From Flavobacteriales bacterium (GTDB lineage Bacteria > Bacteroidota > Bacteroidia > Flavobacteriales_D > Sanyastnellaceae), in the NCBI GenBank assembly GCA_044338665.1, contig JBIIWZ010000010.1:4447-68446 (forward strand): a stretch of DNA of 64,000 nucleotides. The letters are read 5' to 3'. A model generated the notes under the pieces. The model saw only the letters and a list, made by a program, of their open reading frames with translations, had not been told where the DNA came from and did no database searches. Numbering within the stretch: the stretch's first letter is position 1; the number at the start of each line of letters is the position of its first letter. This document shows, one piece after another, positions 41,304 through 50,699 of the stretch. The position numbers were made by a program, and so were the translations under genes.

Positions 41304-41931
41304 AGTCGTCTTGGTCGACGACCATACCATTTTGCGAAACGGTATAAAAAGCATTTTATCGAAAGACTATAAAAAGCGCTTCGACATTGTGGCTGAATAT
41401 TCCAATGGAAAAGAATTCTTGAACGATTTAGAAAATGTCATATTTGATGTGGTGCTGCTCGATTTAAACATGCCGGTGAAAGGTGGAGAAAACACATTGG
41501 AAATACTTCAGCTTTCTCATCCGAATGTAAGATCCATTGTCCTTACCCAGCTAAGTATGGACTACATGGTTGAATCGTGCGCGCGTCTGGGTGCGCGGGC
41601 TTTTCTTCCAAAAGAAGTAAAACCGTTGGAACTGAAACGCGCCATTGAAACCGTGCATGCCGATGGTTATTATTTCAATCAATTGTTTTCGGAAGAAACG
41701 TTGCAGAATTTGTCTTTTCGGAAAAAGAAAAACGAGCAATTGACCCTTCAGGAAAAGCGCGTGTTGCGACACATTGTTAACGGATCTACATCACACGAGA
41801 TTGCAGATTTACTCGGACTAAGCGAAAGCACCATTAAGAGCCATCGCGAGAACATTCATCGAAAACTTAACACATCCAATCCGTATGAATTGGCGACTTA
41901 TTGCATTCGAAATGGGATTGTTGTGGAATGA
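41284..41931 (+). CDS. LuxR/NarL-family response regulator
   Basis: Start MSSPKIKVVLVDDH. Receiver domain with VLLDLNMP. C-terminal HTH LTLQEKRVLRHIVNGSTSHEIADLLGLSESTIKSHRENIHRKL. Confidence 0.85.
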   Translation: MSSPKIKVVLVDDHTILRNGIKSILSKDYKKRFDIVAEYSNGKEFLNDLENVIFDVVLLDLNMPVKGGENTLEILQLSHPNVRSIVLTQLSMDYMVESCARLGARAFLPKEVKPLELKRAIETVHADGYYFNQLFSEETLQNLSFRKKKNEQLTLQEKRVLRHIVNGSTSHEIADLLGLSESTIKSHRENIHRKLNTSNPYELATYCIRNGIVVE

Positions 41932-41937
41932 ACCATT

Positions 41938-42022
41938 GCGAAGCAAGAATGCCCGAAGGGCGAATGTCCTATGGACGAATGCACTTCGTGCGAATGCTTC
42001 GCGAATGTCTGCGACGATTTTA
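41938..42022 (+). repeat. GAATG-periodic array (spacing 15, 15, 15, 11 nt)
   Basis: gaatgcccgaagggc gaatgtcctatggac gaatgcacttcgtgc gaatgcttcgc gaatgtctgcgacgatttt. It is an inverted copy of 39533-39622. Confidence 0.75.
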
Positions 42023-42103
42023 TTTAAGAAGCATCAACTATCATCTTCGGTGAGCAATACCGAGGATGAATTGAAAATTGATAATTAAACAAGAACGAAT
42101 ACC

Positions 42104-42763
42104 ATGAAATTTCAATTTCAAATCTTTTACTTTCTTGTTCGAATCATAACCATTGGCTTGTTGCTTCGAAACAGAAAAACGGCTGGTTTAAGAATTTGGC
42201 CTTTAACTATTTTCCTATTCGCATCTCTGATCTCAGATGCTTTAGGCTTAACCCTGTGCCAAAATAATATCGAAAACACTTTCGTTATTAATATCTATAC
42301 CGTCTTCGAACTTCTTTTCATTACTTTTTATTGTTTAGGACTGGTAGAGCTGAATCGTAACGTTAAGCTTGTTTTTAAGATCTTTTCAATTGCAATTTCC
42401 GCTATACTACTCTTTGAAATTCTCTACTTTAAAAGGAATATATACAAAGAGTTTATATCGGGATACTGTATTATATTTCAAAGCATTGTAGTATTTGTTT
42501 GCTGTCTTTCTATGATAGGGCGTTCGAAACCAAAAAACACTTCTATTCCAATAGAACTAATTGTTTTGTTTGGGCTTTTTATTTATTCTTGTTTGTGCAT
42601 TTTGCCTACCATTGCCTACACCTTGTATTTCGATTGTAACTACAAATCTACTTTTGCGCAATTCGCCTATGCCTCTGTGAGTATTGGAAATATTATTCGA
42701 GACATTTGTTTTGGGTGGTTCGGAGTTATTTTGTACCGTAATAATCGCAATGCGATTAATTGA
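42104..42763 (+). CDS. 7-TM membrane protein (same architecture as 39874..40524)
   Basis: 219 aa with seven hydrophobic segments. Confidence 0.55.
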   Translation: MKFQFQIFYFLVRIITIGLLLRNRKTAGLRIWPLTIFLFASLISDALGLTLCQNNIENTFVINIYTVFELLFITFYCLGLVELNRNVKLVFKIFSIAISAILLFEILYFKRNIYKEFISGYCIIFQSIVVFVCCLSMIGRSKPKNTSIPIELIVLFGLFIYSCLCILPTIAYTLYFDCNYKSTFAQFAYASVSIGNIIRDICFGWFGVILYRNNRNAIN

Positions 42764-42765
42764 GA

Positions 42766-43022
42766 AGGCGAATGAGCAAGCGGACGAATGCACTTCGTGC
42801 GAAAGCTTTGCGAATGTCTTCGACGATTTTAACAAAGAAGTTCCCTAGGTATTTATACGGATTTTTTCTACCCTCCCTTCTCCTCTATTGCCTGTAAAAC
42901 CTGAAATACTTCAGAAAACCACCCCTAAAAAACTGCGCAGTTTTTTAGACCGGCGAAAATTGACCGAATCTAGGGTGAAATGAATTAGGGATTGAAGTAC
43001 TTTTAAAATACGCAATTAGTCT
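42766..43022 (+). repeat. leader module copy A (GAATG array, palindrome, 3-prime block)
   Basis: Roughly 95 percent identical by eye to copy B over about 240 bp (42783-43022 versus 54510-54752). Confidence 0.85.
42926..42947. promoter_or_regulatory. perfect 22-bp palindrome TAAAAAACTGCGCAGTTTTTTA (copy P4)
   Basis: Read directly from the sequence. Confidence 0.55.
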
Positions 43023-43081
43023 TCGCCATTGATTCCAAATGAGAATATATAGAGGAGATCATTTGCAAATACAATCAAGTT

Positions 43082-43450
43082 ATGTGGCGGCTTAAAAGAT
43101 CAACAACCTTGACCATTAGAACTATATTCATATTGGGATTACTATTAACGATTGAAAACGTGTCGTTTGGGCAATCTGACTCCTCTTCCATTGGAAAAAA
43201 CCATGATAAAACTTTAAATCAAAGCAGCCAAGCTGACTCAGCAACAGTTTTTGTCTCCTTCACTGTGGAAACCAATGGTAAAATAACGAATGTGCAGGTT
43301 TCTAAAATAACGTGTAAAAAATGCAGCAAAGAATTTAAGGAAAAACTAAAATCAGAATCAATAAAAACTATCCAATCAATGTCTGATTTTGACCCACAAA
43401 AGGAGAGAATGAATTACACTCTACCCATTAAATTTGAATTAACAGATTAA
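43082..43450 (+). CDS. small secreted protein with a TonB C-terminal-like domain
   Basis: Signal peptide present. ATVFVSFTVETNGKITNVQV ... YTLPIKFEL resembles the TonB_C fold signature. Confidence 0.45.
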   Translation: MWRLKRSTTLTIRTIFILGLLLTIENVSFGQSDSSSIGKNHDKTLNQSSQADSATVFVSFTVETNGKITNVQVSKITCKKCSKEFKEKLKSESIKTIQSMSDFDPQKERMNYTLPIKFELTD

Positions 43451-43544
43451 AAAAATAACGTTGAACTCAACTTTTAATGTTGATCCAATTCCGATTTTTT
43501 GACTTCGAAAAAAAGCTGTTGCAATCATCATGACACTCATCAAA

Positions 43545-44408
43545 ATGAACAAAACATTGACATTATTCCTAACACTTTTTGCGTTGAGTGTATTGGGACA
43601 AAAAAATCCGACAGCCGAAGCGCAATCAATAGTAGCGGAAGGTAAACTTCTGTATAAATCAGAAATGGCTTCGTGGTATGGAACAGATTTGTTTTTGGAA
43701 AATTATAAAAACAGAGAAAACATTGGTGGTTACTTTTCCTATACAGACCAAGACATTGTAAAATGTATTTTCTTCTCGAAAGCAGAAAGTCCAAAAGTAA
43801 TTGGGACAATTTCTTTTGACAGCACCTTCAATGTTAAAACAGCAAAAACCGACTTGACTGAAAGAGATTATACACAAGCTGAAAACGATTTGTATCAAAT
43901 CAGAAAAATTGCATCAGACGAATTGAATACAAACAAGGACGGACTATTCAAGTTTTACAAGAACACAAGCCCCAATATAATCCCGCTGATAAACGGACAA
44001 GAAAAGAAAGTATACATATTGACTGGACCGCAACAAAGTGGTGTTATAATTTTTGGTAACGACTATTTGCTGACATTTGATAACAACAACAAACTACTAA
44101 CGAAGAAACAGCTTCATAAAAACATAATACCAACGGAATACGGAAAGTCAGAAGATGGGAAAGAAGTTGTTGGGGCAATGCACAGTCACTTACCAGAAAC
44201 AGGTGACTTTATTACAGCTACAGACATTTGCACATTAATGCTTTATGAAAAGTTTGCAAATTGGAAAACCTATAATGTCGTTTCCGAAAAATATTTGAAT
44301 ACTTGGAATTGCGAGACAGACCAACTGACTGTAATACCCATGAAAACTGTTGAAAAGATCAACAAAGACCAAGAAAAGAGAAATAGAAAAAAGAAAAAAG
44401 ACGAGTAA
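43545..44408 (+). CDS. hypothetical secreted protein with a Lys-rich tail
   Basis: Start MNKTLTLFLTLFALSVLGQ. An alternative ATG lies at 43530. Confidence 0.55.
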   Translation: MNKTLTLFLTLFALSVLGQKNPTAEAQSIVAEGKLLYKSEMASWYGTDLFLENYKNRENIGGYFSYTDQDIVKCIFFSKAESPKVIGTISFDSTFNVKTAKTDLTERDYTQAENDLYQIRKIASDELNTNKDGLFKFYKNTSPNIIPLINGQEKKVYILTGPQQSGVIIFGNDYLLTFDNNNKLLTKKQLHKNIIPTEYGKSEDGKEVVGAMHSHLPETGDFITATDICTLMLYEKFANWKTYNVVSEKYLNTWNCETDQLTVIPMKTVEKINKDQEKRNRKKKKDE

Positions 44409-44498
44409 ATAGTATTGATCATTTGGTCAGTACTCAACTTCCCAAAATAAAAATTGCATTAAACCGCTTTATCCCGTGATATCTAGATAATACATAAC

Positions 44499-45059
44499 AT
44501 GAAAAAAATACTTCTCGCGATCTTGACTATTCTGTTTGTGCAACAAACTTTCGGACAATCGAAAATGATTGTAGGAGAAAAACACACAATTTTCGTGGAG
44601 ATTCCTCGCAATTGGATTCAAGCAGAAAATGAACAACTTCCTTTTTTTTTAAAACCTGATTATTCCACTATCAACAACAAAACTGATGTTAGGTATGTCA
44701 GTCCGAACAGCTATATGTATGTCTACGGAATCGATTACAAGGGAAAACCCGATATGATTGCATGGATAAACGCTGAAAATGACTATCTGCTTCGTGAGCA
44801 TCCCGATTTAGTCATTGACACATTAAACCTGACATTAGACAATATCTTTCCAGATGACTACTCAACTGGGAACTATAAAATATTAACATACGAATACATA
44901 TCAGGAAGGCAAGAAGCTATGATTGTTGTGGAATGTGAATCCACGATTGTTACTGCTGTCTTATCGACTGAAAAAAGTATGATGCCTCATTTTTCACCTG
45001 CATTCATTGAATTGTGTAAATCAATAAAAATAATGGGAAGTACATTGAATGACGATTGA
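44499..45059 (+). CDS. hypothetical secreted protein
   Basis: Signal peptide MKKILLAILTILFVQQTFGQ. Confidence 0.55.
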   Translation: MKKILLAILTILFVQQTFGQSKMIVGEKHTIFVEIPRNWIQAENEQLPFFLKPDYSTINNKTDVRYVSPNSYMYVYGIDYKGKPDMIAWINAENDYLLREHPDLVIDTLNLTLDNIFPDDYSTGNYKILTYEYISGRQEAMIVVECESTIVTAVLSTEKSMMPHFSPAFIELCKSIKIMGSTLNDD

Positions 45060-45184
45060 AGCGATTTTGAATTTTTAGAATGGGCATAAATTCAGCCTTC
45101 GACGAAAGGGATTACTGCTGAGAAAAAGCCTAAAAGAAACAATGGAAACGGAGACTCCTAAAACACGAATATTGTAAATTACAT

Positions 45185-47248
45185 ATGAATTTAGATAAAC
45201 AGATTTCTACTTCAACCTACAACTGGGAAATCGTAAAATCGTTGCTGACCATTGCACTTTTCTTGTTCGTTTACATTTCTATTGGAATTATTACACTTGG
45301 ACTAACCTACTCCGCCATTTGGTTTCTCTTTTTCGCTTTTACTACTTCGGGCGTGCATTTTCTAATTGTTTTTGCTCTGGGATTTCTCTTGCTTTCGTTA
45401 GCCATAACCATTTTTGTTTTTAAGTTTCTGTTCAAGAAAAATTCAAATTATACCGGTGAACAAATAGAAATTACGAAAGAAACAAACCCTAAGCTTTTCC
45501 AATTAATAGAGGAAACGGCGAAGAAAGTGGGAACGAACTTTCCAAGTAGAATATACATTGACGGGAGTAACAATGCTTTTGTAAAATCTCCGAATAGCTT
45601 TATTGGAACATTTTTTTCGAACAAACTCGAATTAACTCTAGGCATTGGCCTTATCAATTCGGTTACAGTGCTTGAGCTAAAAGCCATTGTTGCACATGAA
45701 TTCGGCCACTTCTCGCAAAAATCGTTAAAGATTAAAACGCTTGCCTATCAATTAAACAGAGCCATCTCGGATATGCTTTATGACAATGAAAAATATGACG
45801 AATGGGTAACTAAATGGTTCGACAGAGGCATTTACGCCGTGTTTATCTATGTTGCTACTAAGTATAACAATTGTGTGAAAGCAATACTTACATTTTTCTC
45901 GAAACTCGTTACTCTTAATTTTCTTGCCCTTTCGAGACAACTCGAATTTCACGCAGATGAAATTTCAGCAACCGTATGTGGCCCCGCACCTTTGATAAAT
46001 TTTTTGTTAAGATCTGAATATTCCAATCAATGTCTAGATCTTATTCAAAGCTATTACGAGTACGAGGAGAAAGCTGAAAAAAAAATATTGGGTCGTAATA
46101 TCTATAGAGACCATTTTTCATACATGCAAGCCTTGTCACAATGGAATGAAATACCATTAGAGAATGATCTTCCTTTGATTTCAAAAGACATCTATGGACA
46201 ATTCACAAATTCAAAATTGGTCCTTAATAATCAATGGTCTAGTCATCCTGAAGTGATTCAACGCATTTCCAACATTGAATCGAAATTTGAACAACGAGAA
46301 AAAGAAATTGACTATCCGGCTTTTACAATCTTAGAAAATCACGAGGAAATTGAATTGCACTTCACTGAATTATTTAACCAGAATATTTGGTGGGACGAAA
46401 CTCCCGAATTTATTGAAACTGACAAATTAATTAGCGATCTGAAACTTGACTTTGAAAAACAAGAATTCAACAAAGCCTATAGAGGGTATTACAGGGACAG
46501 AGGCTTTAGTCGATTCTTTGAAGAATCTGAAGTACAAAAGAATTATCAGACTTCGTTCAATGATCTTTTCAGAGAGCAAATAATTCAAATGGTCCGCGAA
46601 GAGCGCACTTTGAGAAATGACCTGTCAACCCTTCACGCAATTGCAAATGGCGGGATAAACATTAGATCCTTTGATTATGAAGGCCAGCGATATTCAAAGA
46701 AAAAATTAAGCACTCTTTTTTCTCAATTACAGCAAAAGCAACAAAAGCTTTCGATAATCCTTGAGGAATCTGATTTGAAAATTCTATCTTATTTCGTTGG
46801 ATTAGAGACCAAACTGAACCTATCGCCTTATCTCCTCAAAGGGTATAATCAGCTTCACGAATTCGAGCTGGAAAATAAAGAAGAAAACAACATTCACAAT
46901 CGAATGCTTCGTGCATTTCAATTTATGAATGAAACGGTTTATCATTTTGACATTAAATCTAATCTATTAGGGACTCTAAAGCTTGAGCGTGAATTTAAAA
47001 ATGCCTTTCAAGATCTTCTATCAGACCCTAGGGTTAATGCTGAACTTGAAAATTACGACATCGAAAAAATTACAACCTATCTCAAGGGTGAACTAGAATA
47101 TTTCGTCAAAAACACCTACGTTGAAAAGAACGTAATCATTCTCAATACAGCAATTTACACCTATAGAGCATTGATCAACTTCAAATACCACATTATGAAG
47201 CAGGACATTTTAAACTACCAGATAGAGCTTTATAATAAAGCTTCATAG
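45185..47248 (+). CDS. M48-like membrane zinc metalloprotease with a long C-terminal helical extension
   Basis: N-terminal TM helices. HEFGH at AIVAHEFGHFSQ, and the downstream SRQLEFHADEISA (E-x-x-AD motif of the HtpX/BlaR1-type M48/M56 families). Confidence 0.65.
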   Translation: MNLDKQISTSTYNWEIVKSLLTIALFLFVYISIGIITLGLTYSAIWFLFFAFTTSGVHFLIVFALGFLLLSLAITIFVFKFLFKKNSNYTGEQIEITKETNPKLFQLIEETAKKVGTNFPSRIYIDGSNNAFVKSPNSFIGTFFSNKLELTLGIGLINSVTVLELKAIVAHEFGHFSQKSLKIKTLAYQLNRAISDMLYDNEKYDEWVTKWFDRGIYAVFIYVATKYNNCVKAILTFFSKLVTLNFLALSRQLEFHADEISATVCGPAPLINFLLRSEYSNQCLDLIQSYYEYEEKAEKKILGRNIYRDHFSYMQALSQWNEIPLENDLPLISKDIYGQFTNSKLVLNNQWSSHPEVIQRISNIESKFEQREKEIDYPAFTILENHEEIELHFTELFNQNIWWDETPEFIETDKLISDLKLDFEKQEFNKAYRGYYRDRGFSRFFEESEVQKNYQTSFNDLFREQIIQMVREERTLRNDLSTLHAIANGGINIRSFDYEGQRYSKKKLSTLFSQLQQKQQKLSIILEESDLKILSYFVGLETKLNLSPYLLKGYNQLHEFELENKEENNIHNRMLRAFQFMNETVYHFDIKSNLLGTLKLEREFKNAFQDLLSDPRVNAELENYDIEKITTYLKGELEYFVKNTYVEKNVIILNTAIYTYRALINFKYHIMKQDILNYQIELYNKAS

Positions 47249-47268
47249 CCATTAAACAGAATAAACAG

Positions 47269-47755
47269 ATGACTCCTGAAAAACTCATACAACGCATTGG
47301 AATACTGCTCATCCTTACTTTTCTTTTTGAAGTAATACGAAGTTTTCAAATGCTCGAGGTTGTTCTTTTAAGTTTAAAGGAGGAATTCAAGTTCAACCTT
47401 GTTCTTTCCGTATTTGTAACGCTGCTCCTACCTGTTGCTGGAGTTCTAATGTGGTATAAGAAAAAATTGGGTTGGACATTAATCTGCAGTATATCTCCTA
47501 ATTACTGTCGCAGGTGCTGTGTGGTTTATGTTTATTGAATTTATAACTCCCGAACCTGAAGACGGATTTATCACCTCAATTGCCCCAGTAGATAACACCA
47601 GCGGACATCTATTCTCCATCCTATTCAATGGTGCCATACTTTATCTTCTTTTCAAGAAAAGCATTCGCGATGTTCTACAAATAGATCAAAAGACCATAAT
47701 GAATGCTGGAATCATAAGTGCTGCCGTTCTATTAATCTTGATAAGTGGGATATGA
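47269..47755 (+). pseudogene. membrane protein gene apparently split by a frameshift near 47478-47483
   Basis: ORF 47269..47538 ends in the non-membrane-like string SPNYCRRCCVVYVY. The frame of ORF 47519..47755 reads upstream as SAVYLLITVAGAVWFMF (TM-like) back to a stop at 47480. Confidence 0.45.
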
Positions 47756-48357
47756 AAAATAGAAACACCTATTTTCTGAGTATAATCATTTCAGCCTGCC
47801 TTTTCTATGGATGTGCAATTCAAGAGAAATCAGCACGGAACGTGCGATTGAGTGAATACAATGGATATGTCATCACTCATATGAAACGAGATTACTCCAA
47901 TCCGAATAGCGATCTAAGATTATCAGATCAATTTCATGAAGACTATTCCATTCTTTGTAAAGACTTTCAAGATTTAGAAACTTATTTAGCTGACCCAGTG
48001 AAGCTCATGTCTTTCTCTGCAGATGAACTATCCACTCAAATTGAAAATCAGCACTATCAAATATTCTCTAATTTGGATATGCTAGATTTTGACTATCGAC
48101 TTGACACCATTGTGTCAAGTCCAAATGCTGTCGTAAACACCATAAATTTTCCTACTTCGTTAAGTGGTCTAATAGACAAAAAAATAGATGAAATCTATTA
48201 TATAAAGAAGGTCAGTTTTGAGGGAATTCGAGGCGACAAAATTATTGAATCAGGATTGTTCGCGAACTCGAGATCACATGATTTGAAGAAGATTATTATT
48301 TATGACCCGAAGTCACTAAAAGTTTTTTCGGACTACTACTTATTGAAAGCCAGTTAA
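47752..48357 (+). CDS. hypothetical lipoprotein
   Basis: Lipobox LFYGC. 4-nt overlap with the upstream ORF. Confidence 0.55.
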   Translation: MKNRNTYFLSIIISACLFYGCAIQEKSARNVRLSEYNGYVITHMKRDYSNPNSDLRLSDQFHEDYSILCKDFQDLETYLADPVKLMSFSADELSTQIENQHYQIFSNLDMLDFDYRLDTIVSSPNAVVNTINFPTSLSGLIDKKIDEIYYIKKVSFEGIRGDKIIESGLFANSRSHDLKKIIIYDPKSLKVFSDYYLLKAS

Positions 48358-48360
48358 TAA

Positions 48361-49257
48361 ATGAAAACAATCCAACGCCTAATATTTTACGCATTGATCA
48401 TAGGGTTTGTTTCTTGTGGACAGACAAGCGAGAATATAGAAAACACCAGTGAATCAACAGATATTTTTCAAAACCCTTTTAATCTCGAAGAAAGTATACG
48501 TCTAAGAAAAAGAAGGGAGATTGAAGAACAGGATAGCGCCTACAAGCTGCAACTTGATAAAGTATTAGAAGATGCGCTTGTAATCGCAAACCAAAATTTC
48601 AATAAAGACCAATTTATTTCGGAATACAAAGCCAATGTTTCATTGGCTTCGAATGAAAATATTCCGATAAGCGTTGAAATAAACTTAGATTTTCACTTTT
48701 CAAAAAACAACCCTCATCTCTTTATAACGCGACACGAGCCGAATTCTATTTATTTTGACATCTACAAAAAAGGTGAGAACAAATTTGAAAAAGTAATCGC
48801 ACATGAAGAATGGTTGATGACGTATGTGAACGACACTATCCGAGACATTAATGGTGACGGTTTAAATGATTTCGTTGTGAACTGGTATGGCTCAGTTGGT
48901 TGTTGTTTAAAGGCATTTAGCAATGTCTATCTTTTAAGAGAAGATAGAAAAGCATTTTCAGAAGATTTCGAATTTATAAATCCTACGTTTTCCCCAAAAG
49001 AGAAAATAATCAGAGGCGTTTGTTATGGACACCCTACTGAAACCGAAATATATAAATACAAATGGAATGGAGAAAAAGTGGATACAATTGAATACGTTTC
49101 TTATGAACGAGATGAAAACGGACTTACAGGCAAAATCCTAATTGCAACTGGAGAAGGCTGGGAAAGCAATTACAAAATATTAAAAAGATTAAATTCTGTT
49201 CCCGCTGAATATAGAAAAATTGAAGGCTATGATTGGTTTACAGGTAATTTCAAATAA
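48361..49257 (+). CDS. hypothetical lipoprotein with an FG-GAP/VCBS-like motif
   Basis: Lipobox GFVSC. Contains DINGDGLNDFV. Confidence 0.55.
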   Translation: MKTIQRLIFYALIIGFVSCGQTSENIENTSESTDIFQNPFNLEESIRLRKRREIEEQDSAYKLQLDKVLEDALVIANQNFNKDQFISEYKANVSLASNENIPISVEINLDFHFSKNNPHLFITRHEPNSIYFDIYKKGENKFEKVIAHEEWLMTYVNDTIRDINGDGLNDFVVNWYGSVGCCLKAFSNVYLLREDRKAFSEDFEFINPTFSPKEKIIRGVCYGHPTETEIYKYKWNGEKVDTIEYVSYERDENGLTGKILIATGEGWESNYKILKRLNSVPAEYRKIEGYDWFTGNFK

Positions 49258-49335
49258 GATTCTTGAGTATTCAGTATTTCTGCACAGACCAATTCGATTG
49301 ACCGAATTTATCAATTTCGAAATATAAAATTAAAT

Positions 49336-50085
49336 ATGAGACCAATTCACATACTTGCCACACTTCTTGTTTTAACCACAAGTTGCGGTAATTCGCAAAC
49401 GCTACAAGAGCAAAAAGCGTTAACTGGAGACATCGAGACTGACGTGAATAACTTATTACCTCGCGGCAAAAAAACAGTTGATGTAATGGATGGTATAATG
49501 CAAACTAAGCGTCAAGAAGAATTGACCATAAAGTTTCAAGAAGCAATTAAACAAAATTATGACTGGTTTATAGATTATTCACAAACTAAGCCTGCGGGGC
49601 AGCCTATGGCCTATCATCCCAACACAGGTTTAACAGAAAAAGAATTCGAAGAATTAATGAGTTACGCGGTTAACATCGAGCTTGTTTCCACGGGTAAAAA
49701 GGAAATGGAAATAACTAACATAAGCAATATAATTGAATTTCAAACCAATGAAGAAAAGCTAAAGTTGCTTGAATCTGTTCAAATTGATTTATCCAGAAAT
49801 ATTGTGTATTTGGGCGAATACCAATTATCATTCTCCGACTCAATAAATGCTGCTGACAATACAAATGCATTAAAAAGCAAATGGAAAGGATATTCTTGGA
49901 AATATGAGGAGCCTGGTAACCACGATATAAATGCTTTTAAAAACAAAGAGAGAATGAATGTTAAGAAGTATGAATTTAGAATAGGTCGGTTAGAAAAAAA
50001 TGAGAAGACATACTTATCCATTAAGGGTCTAGAAATTGAAAACGGTGTCAAGAAAGTTGAATTTGATTTACCTATTATATTTTAA
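49336..50085 (+). CDS. hypothetical lipoprotein
   Basis: Lipobox LTTSC. Confidence 0.55.
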   Translation: MRPIHILATLLVLTTSCGNSQTLQEQKALTGDIETDVNNLLPRGKKTVDVMDGIMQTKRQEELTIKFQEAIKQNYDWFIDYSQTKPAGQPMAYHPNTGLTEKEFEELMSYAVNIELVSTGKKEMEITNISNIIEFQTNEEKLKLLESVQIDLSRNIVYLGEYQLSFSDSINAADNTNALKSKWKGYSWKYEEPGNHDINAFKNKERMNVKKYEFRIGRLEKNEKTYLSIKGLEIENGVKKVEFDLPIIF

Positions 50086-50142
50086 TTTCATTGTGCATCA
50101 AATTCAATTCAAACAGAGAATAAATCGAACTAAAAACTATTT

Positions 50143-50487
50143 ATGAAGCCTAAATTCAAACTTGTAATATTCGTTTTCGTTTGCATACTTTTTATCCCTT
50201 TTTTTTCTCAAACGTTTCGTAGATCACTCTCAAGCACATTAGGAAGTTGGATTTCACCAATCGACAATCAATATATAATTGCAGAAGCTGAGTGGTTAAG
50301 CGAATCGGGGGGAATAATAAGATTTGATAATGGCTTTTCATTATTGAGAAACGACACTATTTATTCTGAAGGAGAACCAAAGCGCGTGGTTATAAATTTA
50401 AATAAATACTTTAATGAAATGACGACAAGAGATCTCAAAACAAACGAGATCAGGAAATATACTAGCACGCGTGAATTCGTGAAGTAG
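50143..50487 (+). CDS. hypothetical small secreted or anchored protein
   Basis: N-terminal hydrophobic segment LVIFVFVCILFIPFF. Confidence 0.45.
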   Translation: MKPKFKLVIFVFVCILFIPFFSQTFRRSLSSTLGSWISPIDNQYIIAEAEWLSESGGIIRFDNGFSLLRNDTIYSEGEPKRVVINLNKYFNEMTTRDLKTNEIRKYTSTREFVK

Positions 50488-50510
50488 TTGCAAAACCAAA
50501 TACTCTACAT

Positions 50511-50699
50511 ATGCCCTCTCATAAAAACAAAAGGATAGCAGTTATCTTACTTTCAATCATTGGTGGAATCACTTTTGCCGCATTTGCACTTTATAATCAA
50601 AGCGGAAAAATTGGCAATACTGAAGTTATTTCTTTAGCATTGACTGCTATCATAGGAATAGTTATTTCAATCATTATTATTAAAAAATCTGACAAATGA
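50511..50699 (+). CDS. small 2-TM membrane protein
   Basis: 62 aa. Overlaps the next gene by 4 nt. Confidence 0.45.
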   Translation: MPSHKNKRIAVILLSIIGGITFAAFALYNQSGKIGNTEVISLALTAIIGIVISIIIIKKSDK

